Shown one piece after another: positions 25,164 through 36,660 of a DNA stretch of 64,000 bases. A program made the translations under genes and the position numbers. Positions within the stretch are counted from its first letter, which is position 1. Every line of letters starts with the position of its first letter. Under the pieces are notes generated by a model that ran no database searches, was not told the origin of the DNA, and saw only the letters and a program-made list of their open reading frames with translations. Location: the NCBI GenBank assembly GCA_963514005.1, contig OY740785.1, positions 54,808,001 to 54,872,000 on the forward strand. The letters run 5' to 3'. Origin of the DNA: Raja brachyura. Taxonomy: Eukaryota.

Positions 25164-28100
25164 ATTTCTTTTTGAAATGAAAAATAGATACAGTGTTATC
25201 ACTACGACGAGTAAATAAATTATTAAATGCAAAATACCACATCCAAGAATAATGAGGTTAAACACAGTCGCCGTATATAACAGGCGGCTTACTAACCCGC
25301 CCGGTCCGTGTACGGTAGGGAGCTGCCTCATCAACCTTTTCCTCCGAAAGGTTAAGGGCACGTGTGGGTGAGCCAACAGGGCTCTGGGGAGACACCGTAG
25401 GGGACGACCGTCGCGGGGGTACAGGTGAACCGGTTTTGGGGGGGGGGGGGGGGTCAGGGCGTAGACCGACGCAGGGACTGGTGGGGGATGGCAGCTGCAG
25501 GCACTGGAACGACTGGAACAGCGATCACTTTTAAGTTCAGTGGAGGTGCGTCAGGATCCTGGAGCGCTGGACGTCGGTCCTTCACTGGAAGGATGTGTTG
25601 ATGGTTGCGTGTGTAGATGGTGCCGCTGACATGGACAAGGTAGGATCGTGGCTCTTTTGCGGGGCCATGGATGAACCCCAGTTTGGTGTGTCCTTTGTTT
25701 GTCTGTAAACGAACCACTTGGCCTTAGATTAGTGGCTTAATTGGCTTGCTGGTTTTGTCGTAGGCACGTTTCTGCGCGTCTCTATTGGATTGTACGCGTG
25801 TTTGAATTACATCGGGGCAGAGAACTTTAGGCTTTAAGTGATGCTGAGTTACTGGCTGTGGAGGTCTTCAGTCGTTGGGCTGGAGAACCTAAAACACCGT
25901 CTCTGGCAATATTCCTCAGGTTCAACAGGTCTAGGTAGACATCAGGTTTTGCCAGGAAGGACAGTTCCATAAGTTGTTTAGCGCTGCGAACAACGCGTTC
26001 GGCAAGTCCGTTGGACTGTGGGTATTCTGGGCTGCTGGTGACATGTTTAAAGTTCCAGCGCTTGGCAAAGTCTTTGAACGTTTGGCTGGAGAATTGTGTC
26101 CCGTTGTCAGTCTGAAGGTGGGCTGGAATGCCATGTACGAAGAAATGCTGACGGAGTTTCAGGATGACTAATTCTGAGGAGATGGTTGGTAGAAAATCAA
26201 TTTCGAACCAACTCGAGTACGAGTCCACCAACACGAGATTGTGTTTCCCGTGCCAGTCGAAAATATTGGCAGCCACGGATGACCATGGTAGAGAGGGAGC
26301 AGGTTGGGACAGCAGCGGTTGTTTTTGCTGGTGTGGCACTTGCCTGTTGTAGATCGCGCATGACTCCGTTTTTTCCCGAATGTACTTGGTCATTCCGGGC
26401 CAGTAAATCATTTCCTTGGCATATTGTAGGGTGGCCGCAATGCCTGGGTGGCCACCGTGGATCTCCTCGTAGTACTCCTTACGTAGAGAGGGGGGAATAA
26501 CCGTCTTGTGACCCTTTACGATCACTCCATCCTGAAGCACAAGTTCGTCACGTACCAGAAAGTAGGGTTTTAGTTCAGCGGCAGTGTTGGATTGTTTGTT
26601 TGGCCAGCCGCCTTTAATTACAGAAGTTAGCAGCTGGGTGGTTTTATCCATGGCAGTGTGTTCGGCGAGGTGGCGCAGGCGGTCAGTTGGAATGAAAGAA
26701 ACCTTTAGAACGAAGAATTCCTCACGTTTGTAAGGATGTTGTTCGCTGGTGGTGCGTGGTGCCCGGGATAGAGTGTCTGCAATGTGCATGTCTTTACCTT
26801 TTTGGTAGACAATGTGGAAGTCGAACCATTGAAGCTGCATCATCATGCGTTGAAGCCTTGCTGGGGCAGCGTGGATAGGCTTGCTCAGGATTGTTACCAT
26901 CTGAATGTTTCATCAGGTTGATGATCGGTTTCTACCATGAAGGTTTTGCAAAAATGAAGTCTTTGAATTTGGAGCAGGCAAAAACCACTGCAGGGAGCTC
27001 TTTTTCTATCTGGGCATAGCGCTATTCGGTATCCATTACTGTTCTGGAAGCATAGGATACAGGCAAAACATCAGCTGTAACTGGCAGGTTGAGAATAAAT
27101 TAAGATGGAGTCGGTGCACTAGCGAGCTGTAGTTTTAAAGTCTCGAAAGCTCGCTGGTGGTTCGGGTACCAGGACCAGGTGTTGTCCTTGTGGGTTAGTT
27201 GACGTAGGGGGGCTGATAGTCCGCTGAGATTGGGGATGAACTTTCCCAGGTAGTTAACCATGCCTAGAAATCATTGTAGGCTGGTGACGTCAGTTGGTAC
27301 CGGCAGCTCGTTGATTGCTGCAGTCTTCAGTGGGTCTGGTTTTAGTCCGTTGCTACTGAACACGTGATCTACGTAAGTGACTTCGGGAACCCTGAACTTG
27401 TATTTAAGTGGGTTTAGCTTTAAGTTGATGTCTCTGGCATGGTCCAGTACTTTACGTAGGTTTGGATCATGCTCGGTGGCATCGCGGCCATAAACTAGAA
27501 TGTCGTCAACTATGATAACAGAGAGGAATCCAAGACTGAGAAAACCATTGCGTTACCGATTTGTGCTGCAACGTCCTCGATGGTCCTCATAGGATAGTGT
27601 TGCCGTTTGATTGTTGTGTTCAAATCTTTAGAATTGATGCAGGTGCGTAACTCCTTGTCTTTCTTTGTGGTGATGACCATGGTGGAAACCCAATCGGAGG
27701 GCTCGCTGACTTCGGCGAGGACCCCGATGGAGACCATATGTTTAAGTTCATAGTGTATTTGCTCACGCATACCATGCGGGATGCGGTGAGGGGCACATAC
27801 ATTTGGGGTGACTGTATGGTCGACAATGATCTTATATATTGTAGGTAGTTTGCCTAGTTGGTTGTCAAACAAGTCTTTGTAGTTGGATAGCACCTGTTTT
27901 GGTGGTCCCTCTGTCAAACAGAGTTTGTGAACAGCACGCCCGAAATATACCAAACCCAGGTCATGGCACGCATCGATGCCTAGCAGGGTTTCAGAACTTG
28001 GCTGAATGATGTAAAATAACAAGCCCTTGGTCTGTTCATTGATGGTACACTTGAAATCGGCTTTGCCCTGTGGATGAAGAATTTCCCCTCTGTAAGCATG

Positions 28101-29245
28101 TAAAGCGGAGGAGTCTTTTCTCTTGCGCTCAGTGGTTCTTATCTTGTTTAACACTTTGAATTACATGACGTTCACACGGGCACCGGTAGCAACGTTGGCA
28201 ATCAGTGGTTTGTTATTGACTATCATGGTCACAGCAGGATCAGTAACCTTGCCTGTAGTGCGCACGTATGGTAGGCTCAGTGTGTGAGCTATCAGAGTCA
28301 TTCCCATGGGAAGATTCGTCTTGTTCCTGAGAATCTGAATCTGATGGGTCTTGTTGAATCAGGTGCAGCTTCGTCCTTGGAGCTGTACTCCCACTCGATC
28401 GACAACAATTTGCAAAGTGGTTGTGTTTTTTGCAATTATGACGTACTTTCCCATGGGCTATGCAAAATTGGCGCCCCCTGGGGTGGAAATAGTTACAGTT
28501 TGTGCACCTCCTGTTAGGCATGTTCTGAACTTTGCTGGATGCATTGAGAAATCTTTGCAGAGAGTAACTAGCCATATTCACAATTAGTTGATGATTAGCT
28601 TTCACGTTATCATAATTAGCCAGTGGTGCCACAATCTCAGCCATCCGACAAGCATGAATAGCTGTAATAGTTCAGCTCACAGTTTTCAGTCGCTCATTCC
28701 TCCCACAATTTTATCTCTAACAAGCTCATTTGTTATCTCACCAAATCTGCATCGAAAACTGATGTGTCTCAGGTCACTGATGAATCATTCCACAGGTTCA
28801 TCAGGCTGTTGCACTCGTGCAAAAAATCTTGTCCTCTCAAGGATTCTATTAGACGGCATGTCACACAGTTCTCTGAACTTTCTCAGCAACACCATCAAGT
28901 TATCTATATATTCTGCTGGCACCAATACCTGCCCATTCGCATCCAGTTGGGCAGGTGCAAATTCAAAACGGGTCAGTGCGGATCATAGCCTCTGGACCCG
29001 CTATATTCAACAGTAGCGAAGCCTTCAAATCGTCGGGATCGTTGTGGTGAACGATGCGTATATAATGAGAGTAATCCTTCTCAAACATTCTCCATCGCTA
29101 GGCGATATCAGAATCAAACACAAGCAGGCTAGGCTTTCGACAAGAGCTAGCCATATTTCCAAATCACAAAAAAACACGCAAATAAAAACTGCTAAACAAA
29201 ATAAATTGCGATAAATAGACGCGGGGCAGACCCGATCTGACACCA

Positions 29246-29460
29246 TGTAAAGAGCTCAAACTCACATGGGTTGAAACACAAGCATCTTAATTGTTCAGGT
29301 CATCAACTGTACAGCAGGTCATCACACGTTCACACTGCTACTCAGACTGGCAAGCAGTGGACAGGGTCTTCCACTGTAATAGAACTATGAATGTTACAAT
29401 TAGACGAGGTTATAATTACTAAGCGTTCTAATTGGCTAACATGCTATAGCCAATGCTGCA
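29246..29460 (-). repeat. 5' LTR of the Gypsy element
   Basis: Direct repeat of 24961-25163 with substitutions and a short indel. Confidence 0.9.
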
Positions 29461-30180
29461 CTGGTCATCTCCATTCTACACTTTTAGTCCTGATGCAGGG
29501 TCTCAACCTTAAATGGTGATCATCTCTTTATTTGCACAGATGATGCCTGACCCATTGAGTTCTCTTAGTTCTATTTTCGAGCACATGCAGTCTCTTGTGG
29601 TCTCATGAGTTTGTAATGTCTATTCTTCAAAGATTTTGAGAACAATTATTTCAGTAAGTTTTGTTTATGAAAATAGCTTTGCAGCAAAGAGTCGGTATCA
29701 TTTTCAAAGGAGGCAATAATAAAGATGTCATGTGTTTATATTTATGATATATGTATTTGATTTGGCAAAATACATGAAAAGGATTTGTAACATTTTGAGA
29801 AAACTTGAAAGAAATATTTATACATTGAAAAGCTACATTTTACTCTGTAGGAATAAGGACTCAGACACAAAATGTTACCTGTCAATTTCTCTCCACAGAT
29901 GTCACATGACCCACTGAGTCCCTCCAGCACTATTTTTTGTTCAAGATTCCTGCATCTGCAATCTCTTGTCTTCAAGATACACTTTTTCTCTGGTTACAGT
30001 CATTTAGACCTCAAATCAGTAAACTCCATTCCATATAAAATCACAACGGTGTATCCTTTGTTTAGAACATTGAACATAGACCAGGACAGCACAAGAACAC
30101 ACTCTTTGGCCTATAATATCCATGCTGAAACTGATGTCAAGATCATCACTTATCTTCCTGCACATACCCCATATCCCTCA

Positions 30181-30620
30181 GTGGACGTCGGGAGCTCGCA
30201 GGTCACAGGTTGGTGACCTGTTTTTCCGGGGCTCCCGCAACAACAGCTTCGTCAGCTGGACTGGAGGGCGGCAGCTTCGGCAGCTCCGACCGCCCCGGAC
30301 CGCAGAGTTTGAACCGGCCCATTCGCGGAGCTCGGATTCAGCCACGGGACTGACTTACTTGCCATCACCCAGCGGGGTCACAACATCGGAGGCCTGGATC
30401 GTCTCAGCACAGAGGGAGAACAAGGAGGGAAGAGACAAGGACTTTGAGACTTTTGTCTTCCATCACAGTGAGGAGGTGCCTGGTGGACTCACTGTGGTGG
30501 ATGTTGAACTGTGTTGAGTGTGTGTTTTGTTGTTTTGTTCTATGTTATGACTGCAGGGTCCAATATTTGTTGTACTGTAAATGTGTAATGACAATAAAGT
30601 TGAATCTAATCTAATCTAAT
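30181..30620 (+). mobile_element. GC-rich retroposon with AATAAA and an (AATCT)n tail
   Basis: 3' end GACAATAAAGTTGAATCTAATCTAATCTAAT; it interrupts the CR1 fragment. Confidence 0.5.
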
Positions 30621-30865
30621 TTCCTTGCATATCCTTATGCCTATCCAAAGGCCTTTTAAATGTCACGAATATATATGCTTCAACCACCACCCCAACAGTG
30701 TGTTCCAGGCACTCACCACCCTCTATGTACAAAACTTGCCCCACACATCTCCTTACAACTTTGCCACTCTCATCTTAAAGTTGTGCCCTCTTGTATTTGA
30801 TTTTTCCATCCTGGGTAAAAGATTCTGACTGTCTAACCCATCTATACCTCTCTTAATTTTTTTGA

Positions 30866-31780
30866 GGAGGTTGCACGTAAGGTCATCGGGTCAAAGGGCG
30901 TGGTGCACGGAGCAGCTCAATCTATGTGGAGGACATGGCGGCCTTGGTATACACTGTTAACACACGAAACACGTACGTCTTTCCTGATAAAAACGGCCAA
31001 AATTATCATTTTTGCACTGTAAATAATTGTGGGTGCTGTCATTGAAAGCGGGAAGGTATTGTGTTTAAACTGGTGTTATCTCAGGGTGTAGTGTCTTTTA
31101 CAATCCATGACTAATAGCCACATTCATTGTCGTGTCCAGAGAGACAGCACCATCTCGATAAGCCTTCGCTAAATAACCCAAACTCAAAGTCAAAGCAATT
31201 TGATTGCAATATTGTGGGGTTATTTTTTTGGGTGACTGTGCGCTCAGAACCAAATGCTCTCGTATCCTTGCTCTGAACCCGAGCACCAAGGTGTAAGTGG
31301 CCGAAGGAGCGCATCCCTCGGGACAGCCCCCACTCTCCCCCCCGGGGTCAGCGTTGTCCATGGCCGCCCTCCGCCCCGTCTCCTCCTGTGGGCCGCACTG
31401 TCAGGGGCCATGGGTCGGCAGCACCCACACACGGGGCTGGGTGTAGCGGAGCGGGGCCGGGTGAGGTGGGGGCGCGGCTCTGGGCAACGTCAGCTGCAGC
31501 AGAGTTGGGGATGGTCTGCTCCCTCCGTCCACCCAGACTCACTGACCGCACTGCACTGACACGCCGACCTCTTTCTCTCCCTCCCCCCCTCCCCCCGGCC
31601 ACGGGGATAGACGGCCCGGGGTCCGCGAGTGTTCAACCAGCTGAATGCTGGGCCAGAAGAAGGGCCCGCTGTGCTGGCAGCCATAAATGCTTACCTGCAG
31701 TTCATCGCGTGTACTCGTTGCCGTTGCGTGGCAGCAGTACGGGTCACGGGTCGTGACCTCAACTGCGTGCAACCTCCCTA
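30866..31780. mobile_element. Non-autonomous TIR DNA transposon with a CpG-rich interior
   Basis: GGAGGTTGCACG at 30866 and CGTGCAACCTCC at 31766-31777; it interrupts the CR1 fragment. Confidence 0.65.
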
Positions 31781-31890
31781 TATACTTCTATCAGGTCTCT
31801 CTGCAACCTCTGGCTTCCAGAAAAAGCAATCCAAGTTTGTCCAATCTCTCCCTGCAACTAACACCCCCTAATCTAGGCATAATTCTTGTA

Positions 31891-32319
31891 AATGTGTAGG
31901 AAGGAAGTGCAGATGCTGGTTTACACCGAAGATGGACAAAATACTGGAGTAACTCAGCAGAACAGGCAGCATCTCCGCAGTGAAGGAATAGGTGATGTTT
32001 CTATTCGAGGCCTTTCTTCAGACTGAGAGTCAAGGGGGAGAGAGACATAGAAGGGTAAGGTGTGAAAATGACAGGTCAAAGGGGACGACGAGCGCTGGTG
32101 AGCAGGAGGAATCACACGGGGAGCAGCGAGAGAGTTGCAGAATTCTCGTCAGAGAGAAGAGGTGACACCTTCAAAGTAGGCATACCTTGAGGAGATTTCA
32201 CAGTGGAGCAGAAAAATGTGTAAGAAGGAACTGCAGATGCTGGTTTACACTGAAAATAGACACAAAAGGCTGGAGTAATTCAGCAGGACAGGCAGCAGGT
32301 CTGGAGAGAAGGAATAGGC
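31891..32319 (-). mobile_element. Non-coding direct-repeat (pLTR/retrozyme-like) element
   Basis: Direct repeats of about 105 bp start near 31891 and 32215. A degenerate hammerhead core lies at about 31994-32021. Confidence 0.65.
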
Positions 32320-32841
32320 AGCTTACTGGGACTGAGAACGCATCCTGGCAGAGCTCCAGTGTCGCAAATTATTGTGGAGGAGATGTTGTCCCCTAACCTC
32401 ACCGATTGTGATCTGTAGGTTAGGATCCCGTTGAGGATCCACTGGAAGAGGGGGTGTGCTGATTCCTAAATCCAAGAGTTTTGAGTTGAGTTTGGATGGG
32501 ATTATTATGTTGTAGTTGATAAATAGGAGGCTAACGTGGGAGTCTTTGTTGTCTCAGTGTTCCAGAGATTAGGTTAGAGCCAGGGAGATGGTGTCTGCTA
32601 TGGATCTGTTTTCACTTCCTTCATTTAAGCATATGGCACATCTGTTTATTCCTTTCTCTTTCATTGTCTTATCTACATTTGACCAGCTCCTCTCACCTCT
32701 CCTGCCACACTCTGTCTTGATGCACGGTCCTGGCCGAAACATCCACAGACGCTGCCTGAGTCCCTGAGTTCTTCCAGCACTTTCTCTCTTTTTATTGTCC
32801 CAGCATCTGGAGTCTCTTGTGTCTGTTGTATCCGCTTCAAA

Positions 32842-33836
32842 TAGGTATGTTACAAAACTTACCTTCATTGGCGCTGCAGTTCTGCCACTGGCCTTGTGCT
32901 CGACTTTGGGTTTAAAATGCCGTTTTCTCCAGCCTGTCGAAGTCGATCTTTGTCAGGCTGTTTAGCTGCTGAAGAATAATCGATCCGACTTGCGTTTTAT
33001 CAAGTTTTTTAAAAACATCGCTGGATAATTTAATAGCAGGAGTAAAATAAAAATCGACTTCTAAAGCTGACAACGGGACGGATCTCACGTACGGGACAAA
33101 GCTAGGTACGCCATTTATTTTACATAAAATGTGCTTCTTAGGATGCCTTTAATCAAAATTTCACATTGCGAAATGGTGATTTAGGCCCCATACGAACTGG
33201 CAGTATTTTTCCTGCCGATATGGGGTTTAAATTCACCGCAACCCCAATGTTCCAATCAATCGAGTTCCACAAAATCCCACTCGCAAGATGATTTAAATAG
33301 CCATTAATTTACGGGAATTAAACACTAAATTCCTTCCATTTGGCCTATAAATTCATGACAATGAGATTTAAAAATCATGTTACATTGTGAATTCTGGTGT
33401 GAATGTTAATTGACACTTAGGCTATTTAAAAATGTTAACCTTTTCTTAAGAAATGGATAGATGTTTAGATCTAGTAATTGAATTTTGTAATTAGCTACAA
33501 TTAGGTAACTAACTAATTATATGCTTTAATTTCAGGTCATCCAAGTAAGATTGTTTCATATTTGTTTCAGAACGCGCCAATCTATAATAACTGAAAATTT
33601 CATTCAGTTCCCTTAATTTTTAAGAAAGTTATGGGCTTTTGATTGTCCTCGATCACAGCTGGAAAAGCAATAGGGAACAAGATGCTAATTTAAGAGTATG
33701 AAAATGGTCATAACTTTTTTAATACTGAAGATATGAAAGTGAATTAGGTGTCAAATTAAACTTGTTTTTATGCTTTGTCTGATGGGATAAATTGCAGACT
33801 TGATTTTTTATATCTCAAAATGTTGTAACATTCCTA
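32842..33836. mobile_element. ~1-kb TIR DNA transposon (TAG..CTA ends), copy 1
   Basis: TIRs TAGGTATGTTACAA and TTGTAACATTCCTA. 7-bp TSD CTTCAAA at 32835-32841 and 33837-33843. Confidence 0.88.
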
Positions 33837-34059
33837 CTTCAAATACATCTGACTGTGCACGTTATCTAATACTTTTGATAGCAAGTTTCACTTTATTAAA
33901 CACTGACATCGCTCTCGCAACATTGCATGCACAACATGCTTATTTCCAAAAATACTTTAGGAAAATCTAGCTTGAGGTGCGTTTCCTAAGATGTTGCAAG
34001 GTGATAATTATTATCATTACAGTTATTATAAGGAGCAAAACACACCCTCAGCAGAACAA

Positions 34060-34192
34060 GTGACGGTTAGGGGCGGGCCCATGACATCACCAGCAAATGC
34101 GGTTTTGCGTGACAGAGAGCGTCGGCGCGCTGTGCGTCACAGAGCGCGCGGGGACGGCGGGCAGTTAGCGCCGGGGTTTGAAGCGGGTCGTC
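34060..34192 (+). promoter_or_regulatory. CENPW CpG-island promoter and 5'UTR with GC box, CRE-like sites and a candidate CHR element
   Basis: GGGGCGGG at 34070-34077, TGACATCA at 34082-34089, TGCGTCA at 34133-34139, and TTTGAA at 34177-34182 just after a GC-rich stretch. Confidence 0.6.
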
Positions 34193-34285
34193 ATGGTGAA
34201 GGCCGAGGTTCCGCGCGGCAGTTTGCGCGCGCTCTTCAAGCGCCACCAACCGCAGCTGCGGCTCGGCCGCGACGTGCACTTCATG
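34193..34285 (+). CDS. CENPW: Centromere protein W, coding exon 1
   Basis: Kozak context GTCATGG. MVKAEVPRGSLRALFKRHQPQLRLGRDVHFM matches the CENP-W pattern PRG.L...FKR..PQLRL. Donor ATG|GTGAGG, phase 0. Confidence 0.93.
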
Positions 34286-34669
34286 GTGAGGCCGACGCCG
34301 GGGGGCAGGCAACAGGCCGCCCCCTCTGCACCGAGTGTGCGGGGCGGCGGCTGGCTGGCGGGACCGGGACTGGGGGTGGGCGGGAACACGACTGCAAAGA
34401 ACTGCGTGACTAGGCCGCGCCCACCCTCGGCCGGGTGAGTGGGTCTCGAAGGAGAGCGTCCAGTGGTGGGTGCGAGTGAGAGGAGGGGGAGAGAGAGGAG
34501 GGGTGTGTGGAGTGGAGGGTCTGGAGGTATTGAGGGGGGGGGGGAGAGTGGTCTGGAAGGGGGTAGGTGTGGGGGTTAGGTGTGGGTCTGGAGGTGGAGT
34601 TGTGGGGTCTGGGAGGGGGGGGGGGTGGGGTGAGTGGTCTGGAGGTGATGGGTCTGGTGTGGGAATCCT

Positions 34670-36660
34670 GAGCTTTTTTTAAAGAATTCACCAAGAAGGT
34701 TGATGAGGGCAAAGCTGCAGACACTTCTCTACATGTAGCAATGTTACAAAATCGCAAATTAAAAAAATCAAATCTGCAATGTATCCCATCAGATAAAGCA
34801 TAACAAGAAGTTTAATTTGACATCCAATTCACTTTCATATCTTCAGTATTAAAAAAGTTATGGCCATTTTCATACTAAAAAATTAGCATCTTGTTCCCCA
34901 TTGCCTTTCCATTGACTTAACACAAAAGCTGTGATCGAGGACAGTCAAAAGCCCATAACTTTCTTCAAAATTAAGAGCTCAATGAAATTTTCAGTTATTT
35001 TCGATTGAAGCATTCTGAAACAATATTACTTGGATAACCGGAAATTAAAGCATATAATTAGTTAGTTACCTAATTGTAGCTAATTACAAAATTCAATTAC
35101 TAGATCTAAACATATATCCATTTCTTAAGAAAAGATAAACTTTTTTAAATTGCCTAAGAATCCAAATACCATTCACACAATAATTCACAATATAACATGA
35201 TTTTTAAATCTCATTGTCATTAATTTATAAGCCAAATGGAAGGAATTTAGTGTTTAATTTCTGTAAATTAATGGCCATTTAAATCAACTAGCGAGTGGGT
35301 TTTAGTGGAATGCGGTGGATTAGAACGTTGCGGTTTGCGGTGAAGTCGGCATGAACAACACTGCCGGTTCATACATTTTTTTTGGTCCACATTTCGCGAC
35401 TTGAAAATGTGATTAAAGCCTTTCTAAAAACCATGTTTTAATGTAAAATTAAACTGAACTTTATTTTCTCCCTTACGTAAAATCCTTCCCGTTGTCGGCG
35501 CTCACGGCTTTAGAAGATGATTTTTAAATTACTCTAGTTAATAAATAATCTAGCGTAATTTAAAAATACCTTCATGAATTAAATGTCGGAGCGATTTTTC
35601 TTCAGCAACGAAATCGCCCGACATGGATCGATTTGCCCTGTCTGTGGAAAAACGGCACTTTAAACACGCCCCCCTCTGAAAGGCGCCAAAGTCACGCACA
35701 TGGGGAGCGGCAGAACTGCAGCGCTGCTCAAGGTAAGTTTTGTAACATACCTACTATATGATTCAACAAGGCATTTGATGGTTCCACATAATGGGCTGCT
35801 CTGGAAGGTTAGATTGCATGGAATTCAGGGAGAGACAGTTGACTGGATACAAAGTGTGTGGGAAGGAACTTCAGATGCTAGTTTAAGATGGAGACGATAT
35901 GCTGGGTCAGGCAGCATGTCCCGCTGGAATCGAGACGGTGATTGATGGTGGAGGGTTGTTTTTTGGACTGGAGGCCCATGAGTGGCGATGTGACGCAGAT
36001 CTGCACTGGGCCCATTGATGTTTGTGGTTAATATTAACAATTTGGATGATAATGTATAGGGCATGATTAGGAAGTTTGCAGATGACAAGTGTATGGTATT
36101 GTAGTTAGTGAAGATGTTTATCAAAATTTGCAGCTGGATTTTGATCAGTTGAGCAAGTGGGCTGAGGAATGGTTAATGGAGTTTTGTGCAGCTGTTGCAT
36201 TTTGGGATGTCAAACCAGGCAGGAACTACACTGTGAATGGCAGAACCCTGGCGTGTGTTGTAGAGCAGGGGATTTAAGATTACGGTACCTAGTTCCTTGA
36301 ATGTGGTGTCACTGGTAGACAGGGTAATCAGGAAGGTAGGGTAGACAGGTACGGGTGTTATTTTTCAGTTGTACAAGATGGTGGTAAGGCTACATTTGGA
36401 GTTTTTTGTTCAAGTTTGGTTACCCTGCTATAGGATATATGTTATGCTGGAAAGAGTGCAGAGAGGATTTACGAGGATGTTCAGGGAGAAATTGAGCTGG
36501 ATAGGACTATTCCTGGGAGCACAAGAGACTAAGGGGTGATCTTGTAGAGGTGTATAAGATCAGTAGGAGAAAAGATAGGGTAAGTGCACAGTCATTTACC
36601 CAGAGTAGGGGAACCAAGAACCAGAGGACATAGGTATAAGGCGAGAGGGGGGAGATTTAT
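34670..36660 (+). mobile_element. Degraded CR1 RT fragment in CENPW intron 1, split by a TIR element
   Basis: TKKVDEGKA..YM lies before 34736, and KAFD..LWKVRLHGIQG..KFADD lies after 35753. Confidence 0.7.
34736..35753. mobile_element. ~1-kb TIR DNA transposon, copy 2 (inverted relative to copy 1)
   Basis: TIRs TAGCAATGTTACAAAA and TTTTGTAACATACCTA. TSD CTACATG/CTATATG. The interior is a diverged reverse complement of 32842-33836. Confidence 0.88.

Larger units (their letters stand above)
24961..29460 (-). mobile_element. Gypsy/Ty3 LTR retrotransposon with both LTRs and decayed gag-pol
   Basis: LTRs 24961-25163 and 29246-29460 (TG..CA). TSD CTAGT/CTGGT. PBS TGGTGTCAGA (tRNA-Leu-like) next to the 5' LTR. 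Integrase motifs HGGHPG, TDNGTQF and SNGLAER; gag CCHC knuckle. Confidence 0.93.
30063..31890 (-). mobile_element. Old CR1 3' fragment hosting two nested insertions
   Basis: CR1-like sequence at about 30063-30180, 30621-30860 and 31781-31890 joins up when the two inserts are removed. Confidence 0.6.

Noticed and set aside
31250-31770. First exon of a divergent protein-coding gene
   Set aside because: It lies within TIRs that interrupt a CR1, and I found no downstream minus-strand exons.
32842-35753. Single compound transposon that carried CENPW exon 1 here
   Set aside because: Each copy has its own TSD, the outer flanks do not match each other, and exons 2-3 follow collinearly.
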